From Prochlorococcus sp. AG-442-N17 (GTDB taxonomy: Bacteria > Cyanobacteriota > Cyanobacteriia > PCC-6307 > Cyanobiaceae): a DNA stretch of 64,000 bases. Below the pieces are notes generated by a model. It worked only from the letters and a program-made list of their open reading frames with translations. It was not told the origin of the DNA and searched no databases. The stretch lies in the NCBI GenBank assembly GCA_003212375.1, contig QCPY01000003.1, positions 12,308-76,307 of the forward strand. The letters are read 5' to 3'. Positions within the stretch are counted from its first letter, which is position 1. Each line of letters begins with the position of its first letter. Both the position numbers and the translations under genes were made by a program. Of this stretch, positions 7,427 to 15,909 are shown piece after piece.

Positions 7427-10297
7427 ATGATTAAAAGTGCAAAAAATATAGGCTTTATTTTCGTTTTAATTTCAATTACTGTTTTAACTGGAAGATTTTT
7501 TTTAAACTCTAAAAATAATTTTATAAATACTGAAAGAACCAATATTGAAATAAGGACTATTTATGAAAAGCTTAAACCATTACTAGATAAAGCAAAATTA
7601 GCTTCTGATCAAGGCGATAATTTAAAGGTTATTAATATACTTAAACAAATAAACCAAAAAATTAATATTCTTGATGATTCAGAACTCCAAAAAAATATCT
7701 ATAGAGGTAAAAACCTTAATGCTATAGCTCAAAATTATCAAGTTATTGGATATTTTAAAGAGGCTGAGGATTATTATCTTAAAGCTGCAAAAGTTTATTT
7801 AGATATTCCTTTTAAAGAAAATTCTCAATATGTTTTAGAAAACTATTTATATTTATCTAATCTCTATTCCGAAATAGAGTATTACGATAGAGGTATAGCA
7901 ACTTTGCTGATCGCAAATAATTTAATAGAGGAACAAATTGGAAAAAAAATACCTGAAAGTTATATTATTGCTGGGGAAATTGGAGAATTATATTTAGATA
8001 AAGGTGAATTTCTAAGCGCCGAAGTTTTTATTGAAGCCGCGATAAAAGGTTTAGAGGAATTGAATATAAATCATGAAATGAAAAGTAAGTATCAACTTGA
8101 ATTGGCAGATTTATATATAAGACAAAAAAAGTATATAGAGTCTGAAAAACTACTTAGCCAGTTAATCAAAAAAAAATACTATAAAAATCCATCTATATTT
8201 GGTTTATTAACAAAAGTTTTATTAGAACAAAAAAGATTTGATGATGCAGAAAATATGGCAATTTCATTACTAAGTGAAAATGAAAAAAACTATAAAAATA
8301 AAATTAATCATTATCATCCATATCTCTTAGCAAATATTGCTTTTATATATGATTTTCAAGGACTTTTTTATAAGTCAAATCCTTATCATATGCGTTTAGT
8401 TAATCCTGATTATGACATTTCATTTTTGGATAATGATTTTAAAATATCTATTTTAAATAATGCAGGATTTAACTTTATGAGTTTGGGCATTTATGAACCA
8501 GCGGAAATTTTCTTTAAAGCAGCATTAGAAGCAAATAAAATTAGATTTAATAAAGATCATGAGAAAAATATAAAAACATTATCAAATTTGGCTTTGTTTT
8601 ATGCCATAAGAAATGAATATAATACATCTAAAGATTACGGCTATAGGGCTTTAACAAAATTTTTTGAAACTATTCAAGAAAAAGTACAAGACTTAAACAT
8701 TATTGAAAGACAGAAATATCTTTCTGAATCATATCTTGATGTTCATTTATTCCCTTTTGCTTTGATTGAACAAGATAGCTCTTATAAAAACTTGGCATTA
8801 TTTTCAAGAATAAATTATCAGGGTTTATTACAGGATATAGAAAATAGACAAAATAGATTAAAAATTCTTGATCCTGAAATTAAGCAGTTAAGAAATAATC
8901 TAAAACTTATAGAAAGTAAATTATCTTCAAATAAAACCTTAAACTCTGAAAAATTTAGAAGAGAACTATTCTCAAGGAAAATCGAACTTGAAAAATCTTT
9001 AAATGTATTATTACCTAAATTAAATCCAATAATTTATGACGCCGACGATATAGCAAGTGTAATACCAAAAGATTCTTTATTAATTGAATATCAAAAGTAT
9101 GATAGTGCAAAAAAAGAACCTTTTAAGAATTTAAAACCCAAGGAAAAATATTTAGCTTTGATTCTTTCTCCTGATGGAAATATTTCATCTTTTGATTTAG
9201 GTTCTGCGGAAGTTATTGAATCAACGATAGATGCTGCAACTAAAGCTACTAAATTAAAAACAAATAATGCTTTGCAAAAATGGAGAGAAGTTAGTGATCT
9301 TATTATAAAACCTCTTACTGAAGAAATTAATCAAAAAGATAGATTAATCATTTCGCCTGATTCTGCCCTAAATAAAGTTGCATATTCTGCATTGGGATCG
9401 CCTTTAAGCGAGAACTTATTAAATGATGATTTTCAAGTAAATTTAATTACCGCAGGTAGAGATTTATTGGATATTAATCAAGCAAATTCTCATAAAAGTA
9501 CTATGCCCATTGTTATTGCAAATCCTGATTTTGGAAAACCAAAGTCAAATATCAGGAGATTTAAAAATATAAAAAGTGATTTTTATAAAAGAACTGAAAC
9601 CGAAATATTAGAGTATAAATTAGACCTAAAAGGTACCTCATCACAATCATGGAAACTTCTTCCTTTCTCCAAACTAGAGGGACAAGATATTAAAGAAATA
9701 ATTAATGCACAACTTTTTATGAATGAAGAAGCAAAAGCTTCATTGATATTTGAAAATAATATTTCTCCAAAAATTATTCATATAGCAAGTCATTCTTTTT
9801 ATCATGATGCTTATTATGATTCAGCAATTGAAGACTATAATAAAAATCCGCTTAATCGAAGTGGAATAGTATTTGCAGGAGCAAATTTAAATTTTGAAAA
9901 TGATAATGATGATGGATTTTTAACTGCGTTAGAAATTTCAAGACTTGATCTTAGAGGGACTGAATTATTTGTTGTATCAGGTTGTGAATCTGCAATGGGA
10001 GACTTAAGAATTGGAGAAGGTATTTATGGTTTAAAAAGATCTATTGCAGTAGCAGGGGCTCAATCAAGTTTGCTTTCTTTATGGAATATAAGAGATGATT
10101 CAACGGCGATATTTATGACTTCTTTTTATAAAAGACTTAAGAAAGGGGAAACAAAATCTGAGGCACTATATAACACTCAAAGAGATTTTAGAGAGGGTAA
10201 AATCAAAAGTAGTAATCCTGAATTATATGATTGGAGTAAGCCATTTTATTGGGCGCCTTTTCAATTAAGTGGGGATTGGAAGTCGATAGAATTATAA
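7427..10297 (+). CDS. Membrane-anchored/exported TPR-CHAT (caspase-like, HetF-type) protease
   Basis: N-terminal hydrophobic helix IGFIFVLISITVLTG; TPRs; CHAT motifs LIISPDSALN, IHIASHS (His), VSGCES (Cys), SLW, YWAPF; likely start ATG 7427 (ORF track: GTG 7376). Confidence 0.9.
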   Translation: MIKSAKNIGFIFVLISITVLTGRFFLNSKNNFINTERTNIEIRTIYEKLKPLLDKAKLASDQGDNLKVINILKQINQKINILDDSELQKNIYRGKNLNAIAQNYQVIGYFKEAEDYYLKAAKVYLDIPFKENSQYVLENYLYLSNLYSEIEYYDRGIATLLIANNLIEEQIGKKIPESYIIAGEIGELYLDKGEFLSAEVFIEAAIKGLEELNINHEMKSKYQLELADLYIRQKKYIESEKLLSQLIKKKYYKNPSIFGLLTKVLLEQKRFDDAENMAISLLSENEKNYKNKINHYHPYLLANIAFIYDFQGLFYKSNPYHMRLVNPDYDISFLDNDFKISILNNAGFNFMSLGIYEPAEIFFKAALEANKIRFNKDHEKNIKTLSNLALFYAIRNEYNTSKDYGYRALTKFFETIQEKVQDLNIIERQKYLSESYLDVHLFPFALIEQDSSYKNLALFSRINYQGLLQDIENRQNRLKILDPEIKQLRNNLKLIESKLSSNKTLNSEKFRRELFSRKIELEKSLNVLLPKLNPIIYDADDIASVIPKDSLLIEYQKYDSAKKEPFKNLKPKEKYLALILSPDGNISSFDLGSAEVIESTIDAATKATKLKTNNALQKWREVSDLIIKPLTEEINQKDRLIISPDSALNKVAYSALGSPLSENLLNDDFQVNLITAGRDLLDINQANSHKSTMPIVIANPDFGKPKSNIRRFKNIKSDFYKRTETEILEYKLDLKGTSSQSWKLLPFSKLEGQDIKEIINAQLFMNEEAKASLIFENNISPKIIHIASHSFYHDAYYDSAIEDYNKNPLNRSGIVFAGANLNFENDNDDGFLTALEISRLDLRGTELFVVSGCESAMGDLRIGEGIYGLKRSIAVAGAQSSLLSLWNIRDDSTAIFMTSFYKRLKKGETKSEALYNTQRDFREGKIKSSNPELYDWSKPFYWAPFQLSGDWKSIEL

Positions 10298-11491
10298 GCA
10301 TTTATTATTATTTATTACTGTAGATTTCGCTTTCTCAATAACTTTTGAATCAGGTGCTTTTTCTGAAAAAAGAAGTGCCAAAGCCATATCTTGCTCTTTT
10401 TTAAGTTTATTATTTATATTTTTTATCCAAGCAGATTTACTACTCCCAATCTTTTTGATTTCATTAGAAAGCTTTTTAAATGATTTTTGTGGACTAGCTT
10501 TTAAGGTTATATCTAAATATTCTTCGGAAGATATACTATTCTGCGCGAAGCTAATAAGATATTCTTCATTTGGCTCTACAGGTTTAATTGGCCATTGAAT
10601 AGGTTTATATGATTTTTTATTGGAGTTAATTTCTCTTGACCAGATAATTTTCCCATTCTTTGAAATTATAATTTTTTCAACTTTAGTTTTTGGAAAAATT
10701 AAGGGTTTATCAAAAGATAAATTAACAATATTTTTTGTACCATCAAATGATGAATTGGGACTTAATAAACAAATTTTTATATTATTTTCCTCAGAACTAC
10801 TTCTTGTATATATAGGCTCTAATTTATTTGCTGAAATAGAGGCAAGATTATAAACTAATCTTGGTTTGAAAAGGGATGGTGTGGCAAATATACCAGCTAG
10901 AATTAATAGACCTAAACTTAATTTTTTTCTATGAAAAATTAAATTTTCTAATAAATTTATTCTTATTTTACTTTCTCTTAATCCTTCTCTGGATAGAGCT
11001 TCTAAATCTAGAATTTGAATCATTGATAGAAGTCTGTTTATGCCACCTTTAAAAGAGTTAATTGGAATATTTACATATTTATTTTTTGGATTAGGTTCTT
11101 TAATTAGGTTCTTAAATTCTTTTTCAGTAATTAATCCAGGGAATTCGATTAAACCATTTTCTTCATCTATGCTCATCGCAAGAATTAATTGAGGGGCTGA
11201 GTTCTTTTTGTACCATCTTTTCAAAGGAATAATTGCTTCATCAGAACTTATTCCTGTAATTACTATTTGAATATAAAACTTGTTTATCTCAACTAAACAA
11301 TCTAAATCTTTAATACTTGAAATTAATTTGACTTCAAGATTTAAGTTTTCATCAGAAATAACTTTTTTCAAAGCAACTATAGAAGCTTGATCAAGACTTT
11401 TTACTTTTTCTATATCTATAGACACTGCACTATCAGAGATAGGCTTTGCCTCAAAGAAATTATCATCAGAATTAGTCAATTTTCCCTTCAT
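10292..11491 (-). CDS. Single-pass membrane protein with DUF1822-like N-domain and DUF928-like C-domain (candidate anti-sigma)
   Basis: EAIIPLKRW...LILAMSIDEE..IEFPG resembles DUF1822; TM about aa 191-207 after HRKK; ICLLSP...PLIF...IIWS...WP..P..P.EEY resembles DUF928; 4-nt overlap with the upstream sigma-like gene. Family calls from memory. Confidence 0.6.
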   Translation of the reverse strand: MKGKLTNSDDNFFEAKPISDSAVSIDIEKVKSLDQASIVALKKVISDENLNLEVKLISSIKDLDCLVEINKFYIQIVITGISSDEAIIPLKRWYKKNSAPQLILAMSIDEENGLIEFPGLITEKEFKNLIKEPNPKNKYVNIPINSFKGGINRLLSMIQILDLEALSREGLRESKIRINLLENLIFHRKKLSLGLLILAGIFATPSLFKPRLVYNLASISANKLEPIYTRSSSEENNIKICLLSPNSSFDGTKNIVNLSFDKPLIFPKTKVEKIIISKNGKIIWSREINSNKKSYKPIQWPIKPVEPNEEYLISFAQNSISSEEYLDITLKASPQKSFKKLSNEIKKIGSSKSAWIKNINNKLKKEQDMALALLFSEKAPDSKVIEKAKSTVINNNKCL

Positions 11492-12846
11492 TTTTTAATC
11501 AAATAATTGACGGTATCCTGCAAAATAGATGTATTTTTATTTGATTGTCTTTTAGTAATATATTCAATCAAACTATTTATAACTTTATCTATTTCTAAAG
11601 GACTTGTTTTCATCCCTTTAAATTCCTTAAGATCCTTTAGTTTTAATGCTGTTTTAAGTGAGATTTTTTCTGCTAAGGTTTTTTCTTTTAATAATTTACT
11701 AACCCACCCTTGCTTATGGTTGCATCTCTTTGCTATGTCTCTTTGGCTATATCCTTTTGAATATAGTTCCCATGCCAATTTTCTATCTTTATCTCTAAGC
11801 CATATTATTTTTTCTTTTTTAAAAATAATTTCTAAGGTATCTTTGGCTAATTCTTTTGATAATTTCTTAATTAGATATATTTGTCTTTCTTCTTTAATTT
11901 GATCCTCATTGCTAGATGCCTCGTATTTTTTTTCTAAAAGAAATTGTTTAATTGATGGCATAGATTCAGGAGACTTTAATCCTTTCTCATATTTTCTGAT
12001 TGCTGCAGCAATACATTCCAAATTATCTAATGTACTTTGTTTGGGATTTAGGGTATTAATAAATGCCTGATTAGGTACCCAACCACTAATCCTTCCATAC
12101 TTTTTTTTGTATGCTGCTTTGGCCTTCTTATAATTGATAAGATAACTTCTGTGAAGACTAATAATCTCATCATTATTTATTTTTAAGGTATTAAATTCCT
12201 TGCAGGCTTCTAAAATTCTTTTTGTACTCGTATCAGCAATTAAAGACCAGTCACTTTGTAATCTTAAATTACATTTAACCAGATATTTTTTTAGGCTAGG
12301 CTCTGATTTGATTTGATGTGTAGTCCAGGTGTCTAGGCTAGATAATTTTTTATTGAAGGTTTTTATTATTTTTGCAGAGAATGGATATAAATTATTAGAG
12401 GTTATGATCGATAAACTTTGCCAATTAAAAGGTTTTTTAAATTTTTTGTCGTTTACTGATGAAGTTTTTATAAATTTTTCTCCTCTATCATTCAATACAT
12501 ATGAAAGCATTGTTAGATAATCTATTTCATGTAATTCCGTATGCTTTTTATAGAGATAATCTATATTTTTCTTTATAGGATCACTTAACCTGCATCTTAT
12601 ACATAAGATTGGATCAATGCTTTCTGAAAACTTTTTACTTAGTTCTAATAACATATTATCCGATGCTTTAGATTTGATTTCAGAAACTATATTGTTTTTA
12701 TCAAGATATTCACTGCAGACATTAAAGTTCTTTTCTTTTATATCTTTTCCGAAAGAATTTAAATAAATTAAGGTTTCGTAAGGTGTGTTCAATATTGACA
12801 AGAAATTTAAATTCTGACTAAGTATACAATTAATTTCCATTTTCAA
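11488..12846 (-). CDS. Divergent sigma70-like DNA-binding protein of the cyanobacterial type found next to DUF1822 genes
   Basis: Region-2-like IIKTFNKKLSSLDTWT; region-4-like HTH LAWELYSKGYSQRDIAKRCNHKQGWVSKLL; motifs LCIRC and SDWSLIADT. Confidence 0.65.
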   Translation of the reverse strand: MKMEINCILSQNLNFLSILNTPYETLIYLNSFGKDIKEKNFNVCSEYLDKNNIVSEIKSKASDNMLLELSKKFSESIDPILCIRCRLSDPIKKNIDYLYKKHTELHEIDYLTMLSYVLNDRGEKFIKTSSVNDKKFKKPFNWQSLSIITSNNLYPFSAKIIKTFNKKLSSLDTWTTHQIKSEPSLKKYLVKCNLRLQSDWSLIADTSTKRILEACKEFNTLKINNDEIISLHRSYLINYKKAKAAYKKKYGRISGWVPNQAFINTLNPKQSTLDNLECIAAAIRKYEKGLKSPESMPSIKQFLLEKKYEASSNEDQIKEERQIYLIKKLSKELAKDTLEIIFKKEKIIWLRDKDRKLAWELYSKGYSQRDIAKRCNHKQGWVSKLLKEKTLAEKISLKTALKLKDLKEFKGMKTSPLEIDKVINSLIEYITKRQSNKNTSILQDTVNYLIKK

Positions 12847-12867
12847 GTAGATGACTTAAATAAAATT

Positions 12868-12893
12868 GGAATCAAAAGATATTTTCAGAACTA
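12868..12893 (+). promoter_or_regulatory. Island motif copy 6, GGAATCA-N13-GAACTA
   Basis: GGAATCA 12868-12874, GAACTA 12888-12893; TTG start at 12922. Confidence 0.8.
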
Positions 12894-12921
12894 AATAGGA
12901 TTAGTTAATTATTCAACTATC

Positions 12922-13737
12922 TTGGTACAAACAAAATTAAAATATGCATATAGTGAAAATCAAGATTTATTTGGATCTTTTCTTAATGAGTCTTCAGTTA
13001 AGATGGTTCATCAGGACTATTTTGGGGCTATTGAAGCTGTTACTAAAGCTATAAATTTAAATAATAAATATCCAATTCCCTTTATCAGGAGAGCAGAGAT
13101 AAGATACAAGATTAAAGATTATAAAAATGCAAATGATGATTTAAGAGAAGCTTTTAAATTAAAAAAAAATTGTCCAGAAAATTATTTATTTAGAGCTTAC
13201 TTCTTAGCTTATTCGATAAATAAAAACCTTGAAAATAGTAAAGATTCCTTTATTAATTTAGAAAAAGCTATAAATCTGAGGAATTCATCAAAAGCAAAAA
13301 TATGGCCAATTGAGATTTATTTTTTATATGAGAAAAAGGGCGACTTTTTAAAAGAGTCAGGTAAATATGATCATGCAATTTTTGAATATTCAAAAGCGAT
13401 TGGATCATATATTAGTGATCCAATTGCTAATGCGAGACTGCATTCTAAAAGAGGCTGGTTAAACTACCATGAAAGTAATTATGCATATGCAATAAATGAT
13501 TTTTCGATAGCTATAAAGAAAGCTAAACAAATAGATAAATATCATTACTTCATGGCAAGAGGATTTTCTCTGATAAAGATTAATAATATCGAAGCTGCTT
13601 TTGACGATTTTAAAAATGCTTTGGAATGTAATCAACTTGCAATTGAATTTTATAAAGATTTTTTTTTGAATTTTGTTGAACGAGAAATTTGTAATTTGCT
13701 ACAGGTTTATTTTGAAATAAGGCTAAAAAATGATTAA
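12922..13737 (+). CDS. TPR repeat protein
   Basis: DYFGAIEAVTKAINLN and YAYAINDFSIAIK repeats. Confidence 0.85.
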   Translation: MVQTKLKYAYSENQDLFGSFLNESSVKMVHQDYFGAIEAVTKAINLNNKYPIPFIRRAEIRYKIKDYKNANDDLREAFKLKKNCPENYLFRAYFLAYSINKNLENSKDSFINLEKAINLRNSSKAKIWPIEIYFLYEKKGDFLKESGKYDHAIFEYSKAIGSYISDPIANARLHSKRGWLNYHESNYAYAINDFSIAIKKAKQIDKYHYFMARGFSLIKINNIEAAFDDFKNALECNQLAIEFYKDFFLNFVEREICNLLQVYFEIRLKND

Positions 13738-14404
13738 AAAGAAATTTTATAAATTATCACCCTCTATCAAAGCTGAAAAGATAGCAACAAGAGCAAAGAA
13801 TTGTGATGATGAAATAAATTATAAATATGCAATTATGGAGATATCTAAAGCTCTAGAAGTAAACGATGAATGTGAAACTACATACTTTATAAGAGGAGAT
13901 TTATACTCCCAAATGGATGGATATCATGATCAAGCTATTAGCGACTTTACTAAGGCAATTGAATTAGATCCAAATGATTTCGCAAAATATAATGCTAGGG
14001 GAAGGGCATATCTAAAAGCAGAAAAATATGAAAATGCCATTAATGATTTTACAAAAGTAATTGAGATGAGTATGTCAACTTTATTGATGGACTCTTCTTC
14101 AGTTTTTGAAGAGAGAGGTTTTGCATTTTTAAAATGCGGATTTTTTGGTAAAGCAATTAGTGATTTTTCAGAATCATTGAAAGATTCCGAAGATGAGATT
14201 AAGTTTTTGTGCAGAGCTATGGCATTAGCCAAAAATGATAATTATGATGGAGCATTAAATGACTTGATAGCAGCATCAAATATTAACGGTAATTGCCTAA
14301 AGGAGAATAAAAACTTTTTATCCGATTTTCCAAAAGATTTTAAAGCAATTTTATTTATACATTTCCCTAAAAAATATCTTGATGATTTGAATTTATCTAT
14401 TTAA
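13730..14404 (+). CDS. TPR repeat protein
   Basis: QAISDFTKAIELDPN, NAINDFTKVIE; overlaps the previous stop. Confidence 0.9.
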   Translation: MIKKKFYKLSPSIKAEKIATRAKNCDDEINYKYAIMEISKALEVNDECETTYFIRGDLYSQMDGYHDQAISDFTKAIELDPNDFAKYNARGRAYLKAEKYENAINDFTKVIEMSMSTLLMDSSSVFEERGFAFLKCGFFGKAISDFSESLKDSEDEIKFLCRAMALAKNDNYDGALNDLIAASNINGNCLKENKNFLSDFPKDFKAILFIHFPKKYLDDLNLSI

Positions 14405-14413
14405 ATTAAAGAT

Positions 14414-14890
14414 TTATTTTGAAATCTCAGAAGAAGATTTCTCTCTAAAACTTTTAAAGGCAGGATTGTTTTGTGCAATATCTATTTTATGTTGGGCGAC
14501 AGGCAACTCATTGAAAAGAATATGATAAGAGGCTATCAGTCCTATCGATATAGTACTTATAACTCCAGGTGCGGAAGTCAGGTTGAGAAATAACAGAATG
14601 ATTCCAACTGCAAAAACAATTCCTAAAAAAGAAAAATTTTTCATAAAGTTGATATTCATCAAGGTTGAATGTCTAAGCCAAGACATACAGAATACGCATA
14701 TTGGATAATTGAATAAATAAATCAAGTAAATAAATTCCTTGAATCTAAAGGCTAGTATTACAGGAACTATTATTGCAGCAGCAGTGGTTACTGTTGAAAG
14801 TAAGTTCCCAATAAATAATTTAAAGGAATAATTAGTCATTGCATCCATATATTTTTTGGCCGCTCTGTCTTCCTCTTTTGTGAAATTCAT
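14414..14890 (-). CDS. Hypothetical membrane protein (about 4 TM)
   Basis: Four hydrophobic segments. Confidence 0.7.
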   Translation of the reverse strand: MNFTKEEDRAAKKYMDAMTNYSFKLFIGNLLSTVTTAAAIIVPVILAFRFKEFIYLIYLFNYPICVFCMSWLRHSTLMNINFMKNFSFLGIVFAVGIILLFLNLTSAPGVISTISIGLIASYHILFNELPVAQHKIDIAQNNPAFKSFREKSSSEISK

Positions 14891-14895
14891 AATAA

Positions 14896-14922
14896 AGAAT
14901 CATCAATACCTATTCAGAACTA
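14896..14922 (+). promoter_or_regulatory. Island motif copy 7, AGAATCA-N14-GAACTA (one mismatch)
   Basis: AGAATCA 14896-14902, GAACTA 14917-14922; ATG at 14950. Confidence 0.75.
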
Positions 14923-14949
14923 AAGATATCTACAAATAATTTTATTTAA

Positions 14950-15810
14950 ATGACATTTCAGGATTTTCTGAGAAACTCTTCAGTTTATTTTTCAATTATT
15001 TCTTTAATAATTTCAATAATTTTGCTTGGATTTTACATAAGAAATAGGTCTCAGTTATTCATGCCTGATGAATATAAAACTATTAAGCGTATCGTAAGCA
15101 AATTTGCAGATAGCAATAATCTTGGAAACCATCCAATTACTTTTACAATTATTTCTGGCAGCAGGGTCTACTGGATAGCAAAATCTCTAGGTGTATGTTC
15201 TGAGGATTTTTGTTACTTTATGAGGAATATAAATCCATTTATTCCGTATAAAGGAAAGTCGGCTGAGGAATTGAATGAAGCTATTCGTCAGACATACATT
15301 GTAAATGGAATAGAAGCCTACGCCTGGCCTAATGGGACAGTGGCAATTAGTCGTTCATCTTTCAGAAGTGCTTCTGACAGGGAATCTTATCTTGCTTTTG
15401 TAATTGGCCATGAAATTAGTCATATATTAAATAATGACAGTTTTCAGAATTCCCTTCGTACCAGTAAAGAGGGATTAGGTTTAAAACCAAAAAAAAAGAC
15501 ACTCATTGGCTATGGCATTTCCCGAGAAGCTGAAAGTAAAGCAGATATTAAATCCGCAGAGATGCTAATAAATGCAGGCTATTTAAAAGAAACTCCAGTG
15601 GAGGCTCATGATTTTTTTGCAAGGCTTAATGGGTATGGCTACGCAACTGAGAAGGATAGCAGTCACCCCGGGTATGAGGAGAGGAGAAAAAATCTTAAAA
15701 AGTTCATAGCCAAATATAGAGAAAAAGATTCAGATAATTCAACTGGAACAAATGGTAAGTGGATTTATAACAGGAAAGAAAATACTCTGACTTTCAAAGT
15801 TCAGTATTAG
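14950..15810 (+). CDS. M48 family zinc metallopeptidase, N-terminally membrane anchored
   Basis: AYAWPNG, LAFVIGHEISH, SREAESKAD, SHPGYEER; N-terminal TM. Confidence 0.88.
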   Translation: MTFQDFLRNSSVYFSIISLIISIILLGFYIRNRSQLFMPDEYKTIKRIVSKFADSNNLGNHPITFTIISGSRVYWIAKSLGVCSEDFCYFMRNINPFIPYKGKSAEELNEAIRQTYIVNGIEAYAWPNGTVAISRSSFRSASDRESYLAFVIGHEISHILNNDSFQNSLRTSKEGLGLKPKKKTLIGYGISREAESKADIKSAEMLINAGYLKETPVEAHDFFARLNGYGYATEKDSSHPGYEERRKNLKKFIAKYREKDSDNSTGTNGKWIYNRKENTLTFKVQY

Positions 15811-15880
15811 TAATTTTTTGCTGAAGTTAATGTATTTATGAAGAAAAATTTGTGATCGTTTTATACGTCCAATCCCTTTA

Positions 15881-15907
15881 AATACCCCCCCAAGGGGGGA
15901 GTTATTA
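15881..15907. terminator. C7/G6 hairpin between the convergent M48 and integrase genes
   Basis: AATACCCCCCCAAGGGGGGAGTTATT. Confidence 0.45.
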
Positions 15908-15909
15908 AT

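Noticed and set aside
9217-9242. TGAATCA-N13-CAACTA inside the CHAT gene
   Set aside because: Two mismatches, in coding sequence, compatible with chance
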